Source: Spirulina sp.
GTDB lineage: Bacteria > Cyanobacteriota > Cyanobacteriia > Phormidesmidales > Phormidesmidaceae
DNA length: 64,000 bases
Direction of reading: 5' to 3'
Assembly (NCBI GenBank): GCA_044070495.1
Contig: JBIPSI010000010.1
Location: 64,001-128,000 of the forward strand
Below are positions 31,130 to 43,000 of the stretch, piece after piece. Numbering within the stretch: position 1 is the first letter of the stretch; each line of letters starts with the position of its first letter. The translations under genes and the position numbers were made by a program. The notes beneath the pieces are model-generated. The model made no database searches. It had not been told where the DNA came from and saw only the letters and a program-made list of their open reading frames with translations.

Positions 31130-31366
31130 CTAGCTAGCCGAAAGGGGCTGAATGCTCACGATTTTGCCGCCCATGCGGGTAATCCGCTGCATTTCTTCAT
31201 TCATGCGGCTGTAGGGCACTTTGATGAAAATGCTGCCGCTCTTGCGAATGGGGTAGTTAGATTTATCGGTTTCGTCGTTCTGGCGCAACCCTTCCACTTC
31301 GTACAGAAAAATGCGGTTGCCAGAGGAGGACGAGGTTTGGCTACCAAAAGCGGTTTGAGTGAGCAT
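31130..31366 (-). CDS. cpcD: Phycobilisome rod-capping linker
   Basis: YEVEGL, VPYSRMNEEMQRITRMGGKIVSI. Confidence 0.95.
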   Translation of the reverse strand: MLTQTAFGSQTSSSSGNRIFLYEVEGLRQNDETDKSNYPIRKSGSIFIKVPYSRMNEEMQRITRMGGKIVSIQPLSAS

Positions 31367-31517
31367 GGTTGGGATTCTCCTAATCGTAGGGATGGGGGTT
31401 AACGGGTAGGGGAAACGAACCTACCCCATTAACAACGCTAAAAGGCTTAGAACAGAACACGCGCAGGGACGCCACCCCTAGATGACACCCCCACGCGCCG
31501 ATCACCGTGAGGTGATG

Positions 31518-32390
31518 TTACATACTGGCTTGGGTAATGCTAGTTACCCGACCGCCCATTTTGTTGATCTGTTGCAGCTTGGTGGAAAGCTGCTCGTAGG
31601 GCACCAGGTAGGCGGTGTTGATCCGACGCACCTTGGGATAGCGGGGCAGATTGGCACCCACCACCTCAATGCGGTAGACCTTGCCAGCGGTGCCGTAGGG
31701 GGTAGACCCACCCAGGGCCAGGGCCGGAGTGGCCAGCTTGTTGACCTGGGACGACATCCCCGCCGCAACCCCCGTAGGGCTAACGATGGAAGAGGAGGTG
31801 TTACGCCCCAATTCCCCAGCTAGGCGAGACTTTTTGCCGCCAGCCTGGGAGCGGTCGCTGTTGGCGTAGCCGCGATACATTTGGAACATGCGGGTGAAAC
31901 CCACGGAACGCTGCCCAGCCTGGTAGACAAAGCTGCGGTAGTAGGGCACCACATTGTCGCCAAAATTGGCTTGGTACTCTTCGCTATCGATCATGGCATC
32001 GACGGCAGCGTCGTAGCCTTCGTTTTCGTAGCGGTCAAGGTTTTCCACAATTTCCGACTCGTCGTAGACGGCACGGCCTAGCAGGTGCTTGGTGTGCAGT
32101 TCAATGACGCGGGTTTGGAAGTTAGGGTAGAAGAACTTCTCTTTGTAAAGCTCTGACTTGGCCACAGCCCGCACGAACTCGCGCACAGTGATGTAACCAT
32201 TCTTCAGCAGCGACTCGGCACTGGTGAGGCGCTCGGAATTCATCAAATAGTCGTTGCCCAGAAGCTGACGATAGACGGCCCGAATGACCACCTCGGCATC
32301 TTCTGGACTCCAGTTGGCCCGCAGTTCCACAGGCGATGTTTCGCTGAAAGCGGCGGTTCCCAACCGGGACGACGCGGTTGTAATTGGCAC
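31518..32390 (-). CDS. cpcC: Phycocyanin rod linker polypeptide
   Basis: [24 protein letters not shown]-terminal CpcD-like domain. Confidence 0.93.
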   Translation of the reverse strand: MPITTASSRLGTAAFSETSPVELRANWSPEDAEVVIRAVYRQLLGNDYLMNSERLTSAESLLKNGYITVREFVRAVAKSELYKEKFFYPNFQTRVIELHTKHLLGRAVYDESEIVENLDRYENEGYDAAVDAMIDSEEYQANFGDNVVPYYRSFVYQAGQRSVGFTRMFQMYRGYANSDRSQAGGKKSRLAGELGRNTSSSIVSPTGVAAGMSSQVNKLATPALALGGSTPYGTAGKVYRIEVVGANLPRYPKVRRINTAYLVPYEQLSTKLQQINKMGGRVTSITQASM

Positions 32391-32510
32391 AGGATTATCC
32401 TCCTATCTAATGAAGATTTCTCAACACAGCTAGGCCCAAAGCCTGAAGATCATTACAATCCGTAGACGGCACCATCCCCAGGGCAACTTGGGCGTTGATT
32501 TAAAAACTGA

Positions 32511-33329
32511 CTAAACCAGGTCTACTTGAGTGACCCGGCCTCCGATGCGGTTAATCTGTTGCAGCCGCTGGGACAGTTGTTCGTAGGGTACGAGAAACTC
32601 GGTGTTGGTACGGCGAACCCGTGGGCCACCAGCCACCGCTGCCTGAGATACGCGAACCCGATAGAGCTGGCCCCGGTCGCCACCGGCCAAACCGACAATG
32701 GCTGCACCTGTGCTACCACTACCCACCGGAGAGGCTGAATTACGAGCTACTTCGGACACTAGCTTGGCCCGCACACCACCCCTCTGAGTGCGATCGCTGG
32801 TCCCATAGCCCCGATAGATCTGGAAGAAGCGCGTAAACCCAACGGTCTTTTGGTTCCGCTGGGTCAAATGTCCGCGATAGCTGGGTACCATGCTGTACCC
32901 AAAACTTTCGCGATATTCCTGGGAATCAATATAGGAATTGATTTCCGCTTCGTAGCCGTAGGTGTTATAAAGATCGGTGTGGTACGCAACTTCGCTCTGG
33001 TCGTAGGGCGCACGACCGAGGAGATGTTTAAAGTTGAGTTCAATAAACCGATTTTGCGGTCCACTCAAGAAAAACTTGTCGCGGTAGAGATCTGATAGAG
33101 CCAAAGCTCGCACAAAATCCCGAACGGAGATCTCTCCCTGCCGGAGAAGTGATTCGGCGCTGGTATTGCGCTCGCTGGCCATAATGTACTGGTTGCCAAA
33201 GACCTGACGATAGGCGGCGCGAATCACCGCTTCAACATCCGCTTCGACCCAGTTAGGCCGGAGTTCTACCCGCATCGACTCATCGTAGGGCGAGACGCCA
33301 AGGCGTCCCGCTGCAGTAGTTACTGCCAT
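32511..33329 (-). CDS. cpcC: Second phycocyanin rod linker polypeptide
   Basis: [23 protein letters not shown]; start [11 protein letters not shown] after AAGGAGG. Confidence 0.9.
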   Translation of the reverse strand: MAVTTAAGRLGVSPYDESMRVELRPNWVEADVEAVIRAAYRQVFGNQYIMASERNTSAESLLRQGEISVRDFVRALALSDLYRDKFFLSGPQNRFIELNFKHLLGRAPYDQSEVAYHTDLYNTYGYEAEINSYIDSQEYRESFGYSMVPSYRGHLTQRNQKTVGFTRFFQIYRGYGTSDRTQRGGVRAKLVSEVARNSASPVGSGSTGAAIVGLAGGDRGQLYRVRVSQAAVAGGPRVRRTNTEFLVPYEQLSQRLQQINRIGGRVTQVDLV

Positions 33330-33431
33330 GGTTGCCTCCTTGGGCGCGTATAGATACAACAATGCCCGGAGCAACAAACAATCGCTAACAATGCGCTAAC
33401 AACTGTCTGCCCCTCCGGGCAAATCGCCAAA

Positions 33432-33920
33432 CTAGCTTAGGGCGTTGATGGCGTAGTCGATGTAGGAGTTGGCCTCGGTGGCTGCGTCGCCAGACAGACC
33501 GTGGTTAGCTTTGATATACTTCAGAGCTTCCACGTACCAGCTGGGAGACAGTTCAAAGGTGCTGTTGATCTCATCGAGACCAGCAATCAGGTACTCATCC
33601 ATGGGGCCAGTGCCGCCAGCCACGCAGCAGTAGGTCACCATCCGCAGGTAGTAGCCGATGTCGCGGGCGCATTTGGCTTTGCCACGCTCGTCGGAGGCGT
33701 AGTTAGCGCCTTGCATTTGGGTGGTGTAGGGGAATTTGTTGTAAACGGCTTGAGCAGCGCCGCTCACGAGGGAATCTGCTTTGTTGGTCAGGGCTTTAGC
33801 AGCTTCCAAACCGGCAGTAGCTTGACGCAGACGGCCAAAAGCCACTTGCAGTTCAGAGGCGCTCAGAAAACGGCCTTGGGAATCGGCTGCTGCAACAGCT
33901 TCGGTTAGAGGGGTCTTCAT
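33432..33920 (-). CDS. cpcA: C-phycocyanin alpha subunit
   Basis: [30 protein letters not shown], 162 aa. Confidence 0.99.
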   Translation of the reverse strand: MKTPLTEAVAAADSQGRFLSASELQVAFGRLRQATAGLEAAKALTNKADSLVSGAAQAVYNKFPYTTQMQGANYASDERGKAKCARDIGYYLRMVTYCCVAGGTGPMDEYLIAGLDEINSTFELSPSWYVEALKYIKANHGLSGDAATEANSYIDYAINALS

Positions 33921-34020
33921 AGTTTAAGGTTCTCCTTTAATTGTCTTCACAGCGAATGAACAGATAGTCAGAATCGAGCCAAACAGGCCCAACTCTAGTG
34001 AGGTTCAATTTAGGCTGAAC

Positions 34021-34539
34021 CTAGGCAACAGCAGCCGCAGCCAGGTCGAAGTAGCTACCGATTTCGGAAACCAGGGAGCTGCAATCACCCTGGGTGATAC
34101 CAGCGGGATCGTTCACGATGGCAATAGCAGCAGCCTTCATTTTCTCGACGCCAGCAGCCACGGAAGCGCCGGGGGTGCCCAGAGCCACGTAGGTCTCGCG
34201 CAGACCGTTCAGGCAGCGGTCGTTCAGAACGCTGGCATCACCGGTGAAGGTGGCGTAGGTCACATAGCGCAGGATGATTTCCATGTCGCGCAGGCAAGCA
34301 GCCATACGACGGTTGGTGTAAGCATTGCCACCAGGAGCAATCAACTGAGGTTGCTCGGCAAACAGAGCACGGGCGGCGTCAGAAACGATCTTGGAAGCGC
34401 TGCCGGTCATGCGGTTCACGGCGTCGATCCGCTTGAGACCATCGCTGGTCACGCGGGATAGAGCATCCAACTGATCGTTGGAGAGGAAATCCCCACGGGC
34501 GTCAGCTTGAGAAACAACCTTGGTATATGCGTCAAACAT
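34021..34539 (-). CDS. cpcB: C-phycocyanin beta subunit
   Basis: [24 protein letters not shown], 172 aa. Confidence 0.99.
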   Translation of the reverse strand: MFDAYTKVVSQADARGDFLSNDQLDALSRVTSDGLKRIDAVNRMTGSASKIVSDAARALFAEQPQLIAPGGNAYTNRRMAACLRDMEIILRYVTYATFTGDASVLNDRCLNGLRETYVALGTPGASVAAGVEKMKAAAIAIVNDPAGITQGDCSSLVSEIGSYFDLAAAAVA

Positions 34540-35097
34540 CGACTCAAATCTCCTAATTTTTGTCGCTGAGTTTGCTTGAAATGGTCTAGAGACCGGATTG
34601 CTAATTAGTTCAGCCGAAGCTGCCTAACCAATCTATAGAGAGGATCTTAAAGAGCGGCGTGGCTTGTTTTCTCATTTAATTAACATTTCTTCAAGGTTGT
34701 TCAAAGTCGTACACAGTTCGTAAGACCAATCTTGAAGAATCGTTGAGAAGTTCTTGAAATGCCATCCTGAACATGCCAGAGCATTTCTCGAAACCGTTGC
34801 CTGAATTAGCTTTCGCTGATTCATTGAACCCTCCAAAGAAGTTTATACACTGCTGTAGTGTATTTATCTTTTACAAGTTGTTAAGAGAGTCGGCTCTATG
34901 TAAAGAGGGAAAAAGTAGCCAAATCAACCGTTTGAGACGATTACGCTTCTGTTGAGTCCACGGTGCATCTCAGATTTCGTAACATAACGCAAACTTTTCG
35001 GCGCTGATGCCCCCATGGGTTACCGAGGATAAAGTAGCCTTGGCCCTGGCGGAGGATGGGTAAGGTGGATCAACGCGTCCAAGCTGGATCGACGCGA

Positions 35098-35547
35098 TTA
35101 GGTCACCGGTGCTTCGTCCTGATCGCCCACCATGGCCAGTTCTACCTCGCCAAAAATAGCGCTAGGGGAGGCATAGAACTTAAACTCCAGGAGGTTGTAG
35201 AAGGGATCCTCTAGGAAAAAGGTGCGATGGTCGAGGGCCGTGCCGGGGAATCGGCGTTTTTCCCCCTGGTAAAATTTCAGTCCCTTATCCTTCGCCCGGT
35301 TAAGGAGGCTGTCCCAATCACGTTCCGCCAAAAACACCAGCCCAAAGTGACGCGGATAAATGCCTCGCTGAGGCGTCAGAACATCAGCGAGGTGGGCCAC
35401 CAATTGATGCCCATAAAGGTTCAAAATCAGTGATGACGGGGTTTCACGTCCTGGCTCGCAGCCCAACCCCTCTACATAAAAAGACTTGGTAGTGGCGATA
35501 TCCCCCACCGGGAAGGCTAAATGGAACAACACAGGAGCCTGGGTCAT
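35098..35547 (-). CDS. VOC/glyoxalase-family protein
   Basis: FHLAFPV, FYVEGLGC, HFGLVF, FFLEDPFYNLLEFK. Confidence 0.85.
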   Translation of the reverse strand: MTQAPVLFHLAFPVGDIATTKSFYVEGLGCEPGRETPSSLILNLYGHQLVAHLADVLTPQRGIYPRHFGLVFLAERDWDSLLNRAKDKGLKFYQGEKRRFPGTALDHRTFFLEDPFYNLLEFKFYASPSAIFGEVELAMVGDQDEAPVT

Positions 35548-35694
35548 GGCAACTATCATCCAGTCAACAACAGGGCAGTCCCAAATCCTGCTAGGCTACC
35601 CGTGATTTTAGAGGTCGCGGTCTTCTCGTCCTACGGTTTGACGGGTGATTTGGATTGGGTGTAAAACCAGCGCCTCTATCCTAGCTAGTCCGAC

Positions 35695-35725
35695 AAAAAA
35701 CGCCCCCAGAAAAATCTGGGGGCGC
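35695..35725 (-). terminator. Intrinsic terminator of ndhCKJ
   Basis: Minus strand CGCCCCCAGA-TTTT-TCTGGGGGCG followed by TTTTTT. Confidence 0.75.
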
Positions 35726-35804
35726 TGATTAGAGCATTGCATCAACGTCCCTCTCCCTCAGGGAGAGAAAGTCGGGGTGAGGGCCATCCCAGGTTTAGAT
35801 AACC

Positions 35805-36344
35805 CTAGTAGGCGTCCTGAAGTTCGTAGAAGTCGGGGGAGATGTAGTCTTTGCGGAGGGGCCAGCCCACCCAGTCCTCAGGCATCAGCAGCCGCTTGAG
35901 GTTGGGGTGCCCTTCGTAGATGATGCCGTACATGTCATAGCTCTCGCGCTCTTGCCAGTCAGCGGACTTCCAAATCCAGTATACCGAGGGCACACGAGGA
36001 TTTGCACGCGGCAAAAACACCTTCACACGCACCTCCTCCGGTCGGTCGGCATCGTCGCTCACCTTAATTAGGTGGTAGAAGCTGACCAATTCCTTACCCG
36101 GCCCCGCATCATAGGCCCCTTGGCACTGGAGGTAATTAAACCCGTAGGCATAGAGAGCCGTAGCTGTCGGAATCAACAACTCTGGCGTTACCTGGATGAT
36201 TTCAACTCCCAGGTGATCCGGTTCAGCAAGTTCGTGGGAAAAGCCGTTCTCCGTGAGCCATTTGGACACGGCCCCGGCCTCCACAATCGAAGACTCAGCG
36301 GCTGTTTCTGCCTCTGGGGATACCTTAGATTCGTCTTCAGCCAT
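35805..36344 (-). CDS. ndhJ: NDH-1 subunit J
   Basis: [28 protein letters not shown]. Confidence 0.97.
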   Translation of the reverse strand: MAEDESKVSPEAETAAESSIVEAGAVSKWLTENGFSHELAEPDHLGVEIIQVTPELLIPTATALYAYGFNYLQCQGAYDAGPGKELVSFYHLIKVSDDADRPEEVRVKVFLPRANPRVPSVYWIWKSADWQERESYDMYGIIYEGHPNLKRLLMPEDWVGWPLRKDYISPDFYELQDAY

Positions 36345-37090
36345 TAGACCTCTTCCTCCTGGGCAGTGGTTTCCGCGAGGGCTTCAGGGACGGGCATCCC
36401 CATGGCCTGCAGCAATTCCTTGGGCGGGGTGGCATGGGTGCCCAATTGCAGATATTGCCCGGTCAAAATGGGCGGCACAGTCTTCAACTTGTGCGTCCGC
36501 TCATAGAACCGATGGGTCTGCATGGTGTAGGCCCGATCCTGCATGGATTCGGTCGCTACCTTTTTGCGCAATTTAATAATGGCGTCGATAATCGCCTCAG
36601 GCCGGGGAGGACAGCCGGGGATGTACACATCCACCGGAATCAGTTTATCCACGCCGCGCACCGCCGAGGGTGAATCGCTGCTGAACATACCGCCCGTAAT
36701 GGTGCAAGCGCCCATGGCGATCACATATTTGGGGTCAGGCATTTGTTCATACAGCCGCACTAGGGCCGGAGCCATTTTCATGGTGACGGTGCCCGCCGTG
36801 ATCAGCAAATCCGCCTGCCGGGGACTGGCCCGTGGCAATAAACCAAAGCGGTCGAAGTCGAAGCGAGAGCCGATCAACGCGGCAAATTCAATGAAACAAC
36901 AGGCCGTACCGTAGAGCAACGGGAATAGGCTCGACAGACGACACCAGTTGTATAGGTCATCCACGGTGGTCAGAATCACGTTTTCTGACAGATCGTGGGT
37001 GATCGTTGGCGGGGCAGCCGGGTTCATCAGAGCCTCGCCGGGGGCTAACATACCGCTTTTATCAGCGGCTGAAGGCGGATTCATGACCAT
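36344..37090 (-). CDS. ndhK: NDH-1 subunit K
   Basis: [22 protein letters not shown]. Confidence 0.97.
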   Translation of the reverse strand: MVMNPPSAADKSGMLAPGEALMNPAAPPTITHDLSENVILTTVDDLYNWCRLSSLFPLLYGTACCFIEFAALIGSRFDFDRFGLLPRASPRQADLLITAGTVTMKMAPALVRLYEQMPDPKYVIAMGACTITGGMFSSDSPSAVRGVDKLIPVDVYIPGCPPRPEAIIDAIIKLRKKVATESMQDRAYTMQTHRFYERTHKLKTVPPILTGQYLQLGTHATPPKELLQAMGMPVPEALAETTAQEEEV

Positions 37091-37443
37091 TCCAAAGCTC
37101 CCTTACGCCAAGCATAGACAAGACCGATAACAAGAATGCCGATAAAAATCAGAGCCTCTACAAAGGCTAACAGCCCCAATTGGTTAAAGGCCACCGCCCA
37201 GGGATAGAGAAACACCGTTTCCACGTCGAAGATGACGAAGACCAGGGCAAACATGTAGTAGCGAATGTTGAACTGAATCCAGGCTCCGCCAATGGGTTCC
37301 ATCCCCGATTCGTAGGTGGTTCTACGGGCCGGGCCACGCCCCACCGGGCGCAAAAACTTGGCAATGCCCAGGGCCGATACGGGCACCAGACAGGCAATCA
37401 TCAAAAAGACTAGGAAGTACTCGTAGCCAGATAAGACAAACAC
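37081..37443 (-). CDS. ndhC: NDH-1 subunit C
   Basis: [27 protein letters not shown]. Confidence 0.97.
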   Translation of the reverse strand: MFVLSGYEYFLVFLMIACLVPVSALGIAKFLRPVGRGPARRTTYESGMEPIGGAWIQFNIRYYMFALVFVIFDVETVFLYPWAVAFNQLGLLAFVEALIFIGILVIGLVYAWRKGALEWS

Positions 37444-37847
37444 GAGTTCACCGCCACAACTAGAGCAACAGAGTATAAAGCAACCAAGATCGACTGGAGG
37501 CGATCCCCCGCGATGGATAATCCCCGCGATTGATAGTCATTTTAGGTCACATTGACCGGAAAATCAGGCGCTACCGATTAAACCCCCTGATACCATCGAT
37601 TACAGATACCAGGGCAACCTATCCTTCGCTGCCACTTGAGCGTTAACAACATCGACCCATACCGATGCTGTGATGTCGCCAAGGAGTGAGGAACAGGGTT
37701 AAGCCAGATGGAGGGCATCCCTATGTCATAATTGTTTACATCAATTTCATGTTTGGCGGTGTCAGGGCTAGGTTTACCCCTTCGTAATCCTGGTCTTGTT
37801 TCGCTGACTGTCGCCGTTGACCTAACCCCCAGAGAGAGCTCTGTGCT

Positions 37848-38249
37848 ATGAGTGTTGAACCTGAAAAGCCAGCAGATCTAACGGATGGCGTTGCCCAGGT
37901 GGAGGAGCCTACGCCGGAGGATGCTCCTCTTGCTCCGGAAGATATGGACTGCTACGAATGCCGATCCTGCGGCTACTCCTACGAGCCTGCCAAGGGTGAT
38001 GATCGAGCCAAGATAGCGGCGGGTACGCCCTTTGAGGAGTTGCCGGTTAATTGGCGTTGTCCGGTGTGTAGTGCGCCCAGGAAACAGTTCAGCAATATTG
38101 GCCCGGTCAACAAACCCTCTGGGTTTAAGGAAAACCTGAATTATGGATTAGGCGTCAATCGTCTTACCCCAGGGCAAAAAAATATCTTGATTTTTGGAGC
38201 CCTGGCCATTGGGTTTCTGTTTTTTATTAGCCTGTACGGCTTAAAGTAG
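37848..38249 (+). CDS. rubA: Membrane-anchored rubredoxin
   Basis: CRSCGY and WRCPVC, C-terminal TM; upstream of ycf48-psbEFLJ. Confidence 0.93.
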   Translation: MSVEPEKPADLTDGVAQVEEPTPEDAPLAPEDMDCYECRSCGYSYEPAKGDDRAKIAAGTPFEELPVNWRCPVCSAPRKQFSNIGPVNKPSGFKENLNYGLGVNRLTPGQKNILIFGALAIGFLFFISLYGLK

Positions 38250-38343
38250 CCTGCCCGGCTGGGATTATCGATAAAACGTTGGGGCTCAGTGCTCCGCAGA
38301 CTGACCACAGAATTGAGTAGTACACAACAGGTTTGGACGTGTT

Positions 38344-39348
38344 ATGCACGCAGCGTTGGATTGGTTAAAACGAGGTTTAGTGGCCCTAGTGGCGATGGTG
38401 TTGGCGTCGGGGTGTTCCAGCTACTTCCTGGCCGATTCCCCAGTACATCCCTGGACGGTGATCCAGGTTCCCACCGAGGCAACCCTGTCTGATATTGCCT
38501 TCGCCGACGGAGATAACCACGGCTGGATTGTCGGTAGTCGCAACACCATGCTAGAAACCCAAGACGGTGGCGCGACCTGGACGGTTCGGGAACTGGCCTT
38601 AGACGACCAGCCCTACACCTTTACCTCCGTTGATTTTGAGGGAGACGAGGGATGGGTAACCGGAACCCCTGCCATCCTGCTGCACACCAGCGATGGCGGC
38701 AAGAGCTGGGCCAAAATCCCCCTGAGTAACGAACTGCCGGGTACGCCCTTTTTGGTGACGGCCCTTGGCCCAGAATCCGCCGAAATGGCCACGGATATTG
38801 GTGCAATCTACCGTACAGAGGATGCAGGCCGCACCTGGAAAGCGATGGTGCAGGGCGCGGTGGGCGTAGTGCGTAACATGACCCGTTCCGAGGATGGGCG
38901 CTACGTAGCCGTGTCCTCACGCGGCAACTTTTACTCCACCTGGGCACCGGGGCAAGACGAATGGATCCCCCATAACCGCCAAAATTCTCGCCGCTTGCAG
39001 AACATGGGTTTCGACAAGGTGGGTAAGCTGTGGGTGATTGCTCGGGGTGGTCAATTGCGCTTCTCTAATTCCCGTGCCTCCGACGACTTCACTGAAGCCC
39101 TCAGCCCCGAATTTGGTACGAGCTGGGGTCTCCTCGACATGGCCTTCCGCAACCAAGATGAGGTATGGGTGACCGGAGGCGGTGGCAATCTGCTGGTAAG
39201 CTTTGATGGTGGCCAGAGTTGGTCTAAAGATAACGCCGTAAACAGCGTACCTTCCAATTTCTACCGCATCATCTTCGCGGGGCCAGAGAAAGGCTTTGTG
39301 CTGGGCCAGCGCGGCACTATCCTCAAGTACGACCCGGCCTTGGCCTAG
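38344..39348 (+). CDS. ycf48: PSII assembly factor Ycf48
   Basis: BNR-like T.DGG..W repeats, VSSRGNFY, RRLQNMG; synteny. Confidence 0.95.
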   Translation: MHAALDWLKRGLVALVAMVLASGCSSYFLADSPVHPWTVIQVPTEATLSDIAFADGDNHGWIVGSRNTMLETQDGGATWTVRELALDDQPYTFTSVDFEGDEGWVTGTPAILLHTSDGGKSWAKIPLSNELPGTPFLVTALGPESAEMATDIGAIYRTEDAGRTWKAMVQGAVGVVRNMTRSEDGRYVAVSSRGNFYSTWAPGQDEWIPHNRQNSRRLQNMGFDKVGKLWVIARGGQLRFSNSRASDDFTEALSPEFGTSWGLLDMAFRNQDEVWVTGGGGNLLVSFDGGQSWSKDNAVNSVPSNFYRIIFAGPEKGFVLGQRGTILKYDPALA

Positions 39349-39446
39349 CAAAAACTTGGCAATCCGCTGGAGAATCCCTTGTTAGGGTTTCCAGCGTTCT
39401 CTATGATTAGATTAGTTTCGTCGTGTTAAGAGAGGAGACGTAAAAC

Positions 39447-39695
39447 ATGGCAGGTACAACTGGAGAGCGCCCCTTTGGGGACATCGTTACCAGTATTCGC
39501 TACTGGATTATCCACAGCATTACCATTCCCATGCTGTTCATTGCTGGGTGGCTGTTTGTCAGCACGGGCTTAGCCTACGATGCCTTTGGCACCCCTCGCC
39601 CCAACGACTACTACCCCGACAATCAAATGCAGCTTCCCATCGTGACGGATCGCTTTGAGGCGAAGCAGCAGATTGATATGTTCTCGGCCCAATAG
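39447..39695 (+). CDS. psbE: Cytochrome b559 alpha subunit
   Basis: [24 protein letters not shown]. Confidence 0.99.
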   Translation: MAGTTGERPFGDIVTSIRYWIIHSITIPMLFIAGWLFVSTGLAYDAFGTPRPNDYYPDNQMQLPIVTDRFEAKQQIDMFSAQ

Positions 39696-39732
39696 TCCCG
39701 TCCTGTTCCCGTTCGTTGTTTAACTTGGTGCC

Positions 39733-39864
39733 ATGCAAAGCAATTCCCCTGAGCAAATTACCTACCCTATTTTCACCATCCGCTGGCTAGCGGTTCACAC
39801 TCTCGGTGTACCGAGCGTGTTCTTTTTGGGCGCAATCGCGGCCATGCAGTTTATTCAACGGTAG
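39733..39864 (+). CDS. psbF: Cytochrome b559 beta subunit
   Basis: Manual translation [43 protein letters not shown]. Confidence 0.97.
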   Translation: MQSNSPEQITYPIFTIRWLAVHTLGVPSVFFLGAIAAMQFIQR

Positions 39865-39873
39865 ACAATAACC

Positions 39874-39993
39874 ATGGATCGTACTCCTAACCCTAATAAG
39901 CAGCCTGTCGAGCTAAACCGCACCTCCCTATACCTGGGGTTGTTGTTAGTGTTCGTGCTGGGGCTGCTCTTTTCGAGCTACTTCTTTAACTAA
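39874..39993 (+). CDS. psbL: PSII protein L
   Basis: Manual translation [39 protein letters not shown]. Confidence 0.97.
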   Translation: MDRTPNPNKQPVELNRTSLYLGLLLVFVLGLLFSSYFFN

Positions 39994-40089
39994 ATCCCCG
40001 TTAAAGTGGTTTAGCTTAGGGATGAGTGAGTCCCTAGGCTATGTTGAGATTATTACATTACCCTAACCTGGTCGTAGGAGATTTAAGCA

Positions 40090-40209
40090 ATGCTTCAGAG
40101 TGGGCGAATTCCCCTGTGGATTGTGGCAACGGTGGCTGGCACCGGTGTTTTGGTTGTCGTTGGCCTCTTTTTCTATGGGGCCTACGCAGGAGTCGGCTCG
40201 GCCATGTAA
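40090..40209 (+). CDS. psbJ: PSII protein J
   Basis: Manual translation [39 protein letters not shown]. Confidence 0.96.
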   Translation: MLQSGRIPLWIVATVAGTGVLVVVGLFFYGAYAGVGSAM

Positions 40210-40252
40210 GGTGGCGACCTCCAGTTAACTTCAGTTAGTGAGATACCTATTT

Positions 40253-40281
40253 GGGCTAGGCAATTTATCCTAGCCCTTTTT
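40253..40281 (+). terminator. Intrinsic terminator after psbJ
   Basis: GGGCTAGG-CAATTTAT-CCTAGCCC followed by TTTTT. Confidence 0.75.
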
Positions 40282-40421
40282 AATGGATAGTCGCTGTGAA
40301 TGAGCGGGATCTGGGCCCTAAACCATAACCAGAACTTAAGGTGTCTATCGTCGGGTCTTTGCGTTGATCACAGTCATTCCCCAGTAGAATATGTGGAGTT
40401 TTGTCTGGCAATTTAGGCTAG

Positions 40422-42344
40422 GTGGGGTCATTCGTGATAAAGCAGCTTGCGAAGATTGAACGTCTGTGGTCATCTAGGCCTAAAGCCCTCCTAACCTTAG
40501 GATCAGGAGCCTTTATGTTAGGCCTAGTCCTCCCGGTTATAGGCACCCTAAACACCAAGCTAGCCGCCCCTCCATCAGCCTTTAGCACCAACTTAGTTGC
40601 TCTCCGTGATGCCCCAGGCATCGATGCTTTTCCCACCGTGGCCAGCAGTGAACGGCTCTGCTTGACGCCACCTGCTCCACTTGCTCCAATCGGCGAGGCC
40701 GCCCCCCTAGATTTGTTTCAGTCAGGGGGCTTGCAGGCCATTGCCGCCCAGATCAGACCTAGTCAGGTGACTCAGTTGGGGGCCGCCCGTTGGCCGGAGA
40801 TCCATCCCCAGGCGACCCAGGCTCGCGTGCCCATTTTGATGTATCACGATGTACTATCGGAGCCGGAGGTCTTTTTTGACCTGGTGCCAGAACAGTTTGA
40901 GTCCCACCTCCAAACCCTCCAGGAAAATGGCTTTACCGCCATCAGCCTCGATCAACTCACCCAACACCTGCGGACGGGTGCTCCCCTACCCGAAAAGCCT
41001 GTGGTGCTCAGCTTTGATGATGGCTACGCTGGCCATTACGAGCATGTTTATCCCCTGCTAAAGAAATACCAAATGCCAGCGGTGTTTTTTGTATTCCCCG
41101 GCAAGGTGGATGGAACTATTGTGGGACGCTCTACGCTGACCTGGGATCAGGTGAAGGAAATGGCCGCCGATCCCCTGATTACCATTGGATCCCACAGCGT
41201 GACCCATCCCCCCGATCTGCGGGAGTTTAATGATGCCGACTTGGCCTACGAGATGACCGAGTCAAAGCGTCGCCTGGAAGAGATGCTGAGGCAGCCCGTT
41301 CACTACTTTAGTTACCCAGCCGGGCACTACGATGAGCGGGTGGCCCAGGCTGCCGCTGATGCGGGCTATTTGGCCGCGTTTACCATGCGCCAAGCCAATG
41401 AACAGTTTGCAGGAGCCTCAGGTTCCTTGCTCAGTATTGAGCGTTTTGGTCAATCGGCCCTGCCCTCCCTCCTCGATCAGGCCTGGGGCGGAGCCACCGA
41501 GTCGGACGTAACCGTCTCTAGCCCTGACGCTCAAACCCTGTCCCGTTCCCTGGCGGCAGCGAGTCCGGGTACCCAAGGGTTTGACTTTTTGGCCCCGGTG
41601 GAAAAGCAGGACTATGAGGCCGCTAATCACCGGCTGACCTTAATTAGCGGCGGACGGCCCGTCACCATTCACGCGGATAGTCGTTATCAGGTACCGGAAA
41701 TCTTGGTGGGTACCAATGCGGTGGGGGCCGTTGATGGCGGCTTTTTCTCCCTCGAATACCTTGATTCTAATGTGATGATTGGCCCTGTCCTTAGCCAGAG
41801 CAGCCGTCGATTTGTTCCCGGTAACGCCAGCGAAAATCCGCGCCTCAACGGACGTCCCCTAGTCTTGATTGCACCGGAGCAGGTCAAGTTTGTTCCCTTT
41901 GAGGCCACACAGCACAACACTTTGGCGGGCTTGTACCACACCCTACCGGGGGTCACCGATGCCTTTGTGGGGGCGGCCTGGCTGGTGAAGGATGGAAAAC
42001 CGCAGCCCCCCAGTAGCTTTGGGACGCTGTTTGATTTTGATGCCAAGCGGCATCGGGCTTTCTGGGGCATTCACCAAAACGGGCAGCCCGTGGTGGGAGT
42101 TTCCCATACCATGGTGGATTCGGTGGAACTGGGCCAACTGCTGCACCAGGCGGGTCTGCGAGAGGCCGTGATGCTCGATTCCGGCGCTAGCACCTCCCTG
42201 GCTTACCAGGGTGAATCCTTGGTGGGGTATATTCCTCGCCCGGTACCCCACGTGGTCGCCCTTATCCCCCCAGAGGCTAACGATGGTAGCCCCTGTCCTC
42301 TGGTACTCGAAAGCCATACTAGGGATGGTTTGGGCCAGAACTAG
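40422..42344 (+). CDS. Polysaccharide deacetylase (CE4) with a C-terminal phosphodiester-glycosidase-like domain; start uncertain
   Basis: PILMYH, LSFDDGY, GSHSVTH, FSYPAG; C-terminal DGGFF and AVMLDSGAST. Confidence 0.8.
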   Translation: MGSFVIKQLAKIERLWSSRPKALLTLGSGAFMLGLVLPVIGTLNTKLAAPPSAFSTNLVALRDAPGIDAFPTVASSERLCLTPPAPLAPIGEAAPLDLFQSGGLQAIAAQIRPSQVTQLGAARWPEIHPQATQARVPILMYHDVLSEPEVFFDLVPEQFESHLQTLQENGFTAISLDQLTQHLRTGAPLPEKPVVLSFDDGYAGHYEHVYPLLKKYQMPAVFFVFPGKVDGTIVGRSTLTWDQVKEMAADPLITIGSHSVTHPPDLREFNDADLAYEMTESKRRLEEMLRQPVHYFSYPAGHYDERVAQAAADAGYLAAFTMRQANEQFAGASGSLLSIERFGQSALPSLLDQAWGGATESDVTVSSPDAQTLSRSLAAASPGTQGFDFLAPVEKQDYEAANHRLTLISGGRPVTIHADSRYQVPEILVGTNAVGAVDGGFFSLEYLDSNVMIGPVLSQSSRRFVPGNASENPRLNGRPLVLIAPEQVKFVPFEATQHNTLAGLYHTLPGVTDAFVGAAWLVKDGKPQPPSSFGTLFDFDAKRHRAFWGIHQNGQPVVGVSHTMVDSVELGQLLHQAGLREAVMLDSGASTSLAYQGESLVGYIPRPVPHVVALIPPEANDGSPCPLVLESHTRDGLGQN

Positions 42345-42996
42345 GGATGAGATCTAGGGATAGTTGACAGCCTCGAAAAGACTGACGATGTTGCCGGGTT
42401 GGCCCTAAGCGTTGTAAAGCTTGGCGATGCTCAACACTGCCATAGCCTTTATGTCGGGCTAGGCCATAGCCTGGATAGCGACGGTCTAGCCGCACCATGA
42501 GCTGATCACGCCACACCTTAGCCAAGATACTGGCGGCGGCGATGGCCGTATGGTGTTGATCGCCTTGAATGATGGTTTGCTGGGGAATGGCTAAGTTGGG
42601 GATGGATTGGTTTCCATCCACTAGGCAGAGGGTCGGCACAGGAGATAAACGGCGAATCGCCCGCGCCATCGCTAGCAAACTGGCTTGCAGGATATTGAGC
42701 CGTTCAATCTCCTGGACTGAGGCATAGCCAATGGCGGAATGAGTCGCTAAAGCCTGGATGGGCTTCACAAGCTGCATTCGTCGCTGTGGACTGAGTCGTT
42801 TGCTATCCGTTACCCCCAAACCCTGAAGTTCGAGGGAGGCCGATTCAGATAGGATCACAGCTGCTGCGATCACTGGCCCAAACAGGGCTCCCCGGCCCAC
42901 CTCATCTACGCCAGCAATGAGTGTCTGGGCCCCTTTCTGATCCGTCCTAGGGGAAGCCTCAGACGATCCATGGGTCGTCCGAGCTCCCCTAGCCAT
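42319..42996 (-). CDS. rnhB: Ribonuclease HII (alternative start at 43008)
   Basis: AGVDEVGRG, DSKRL, LVDGN, AASILAKV, HKGYG. Confidence 0.95.
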   Translation of the reverse strand: MARGARTTHGSSEASPRTDQKGAQTLIAGVDEVGRGALFGPVIAAAVILSESASLELQGLGVTDSKRLSPQRRMQLVKPIQALATHSAIGYASVQEIERLNILQASLLAMARAIRRLSPVPTLCLVDGNQSIPNLAIPQQTIIQGDQHHTAIAAASILAKVWRDQLMVRLDRRYPGYGLARHKGYGSVEHRQALQRLGPTRQHRQSFRGCQLSLDLIPSSGPNHP

Positions 42997-43000
42997 CGGA

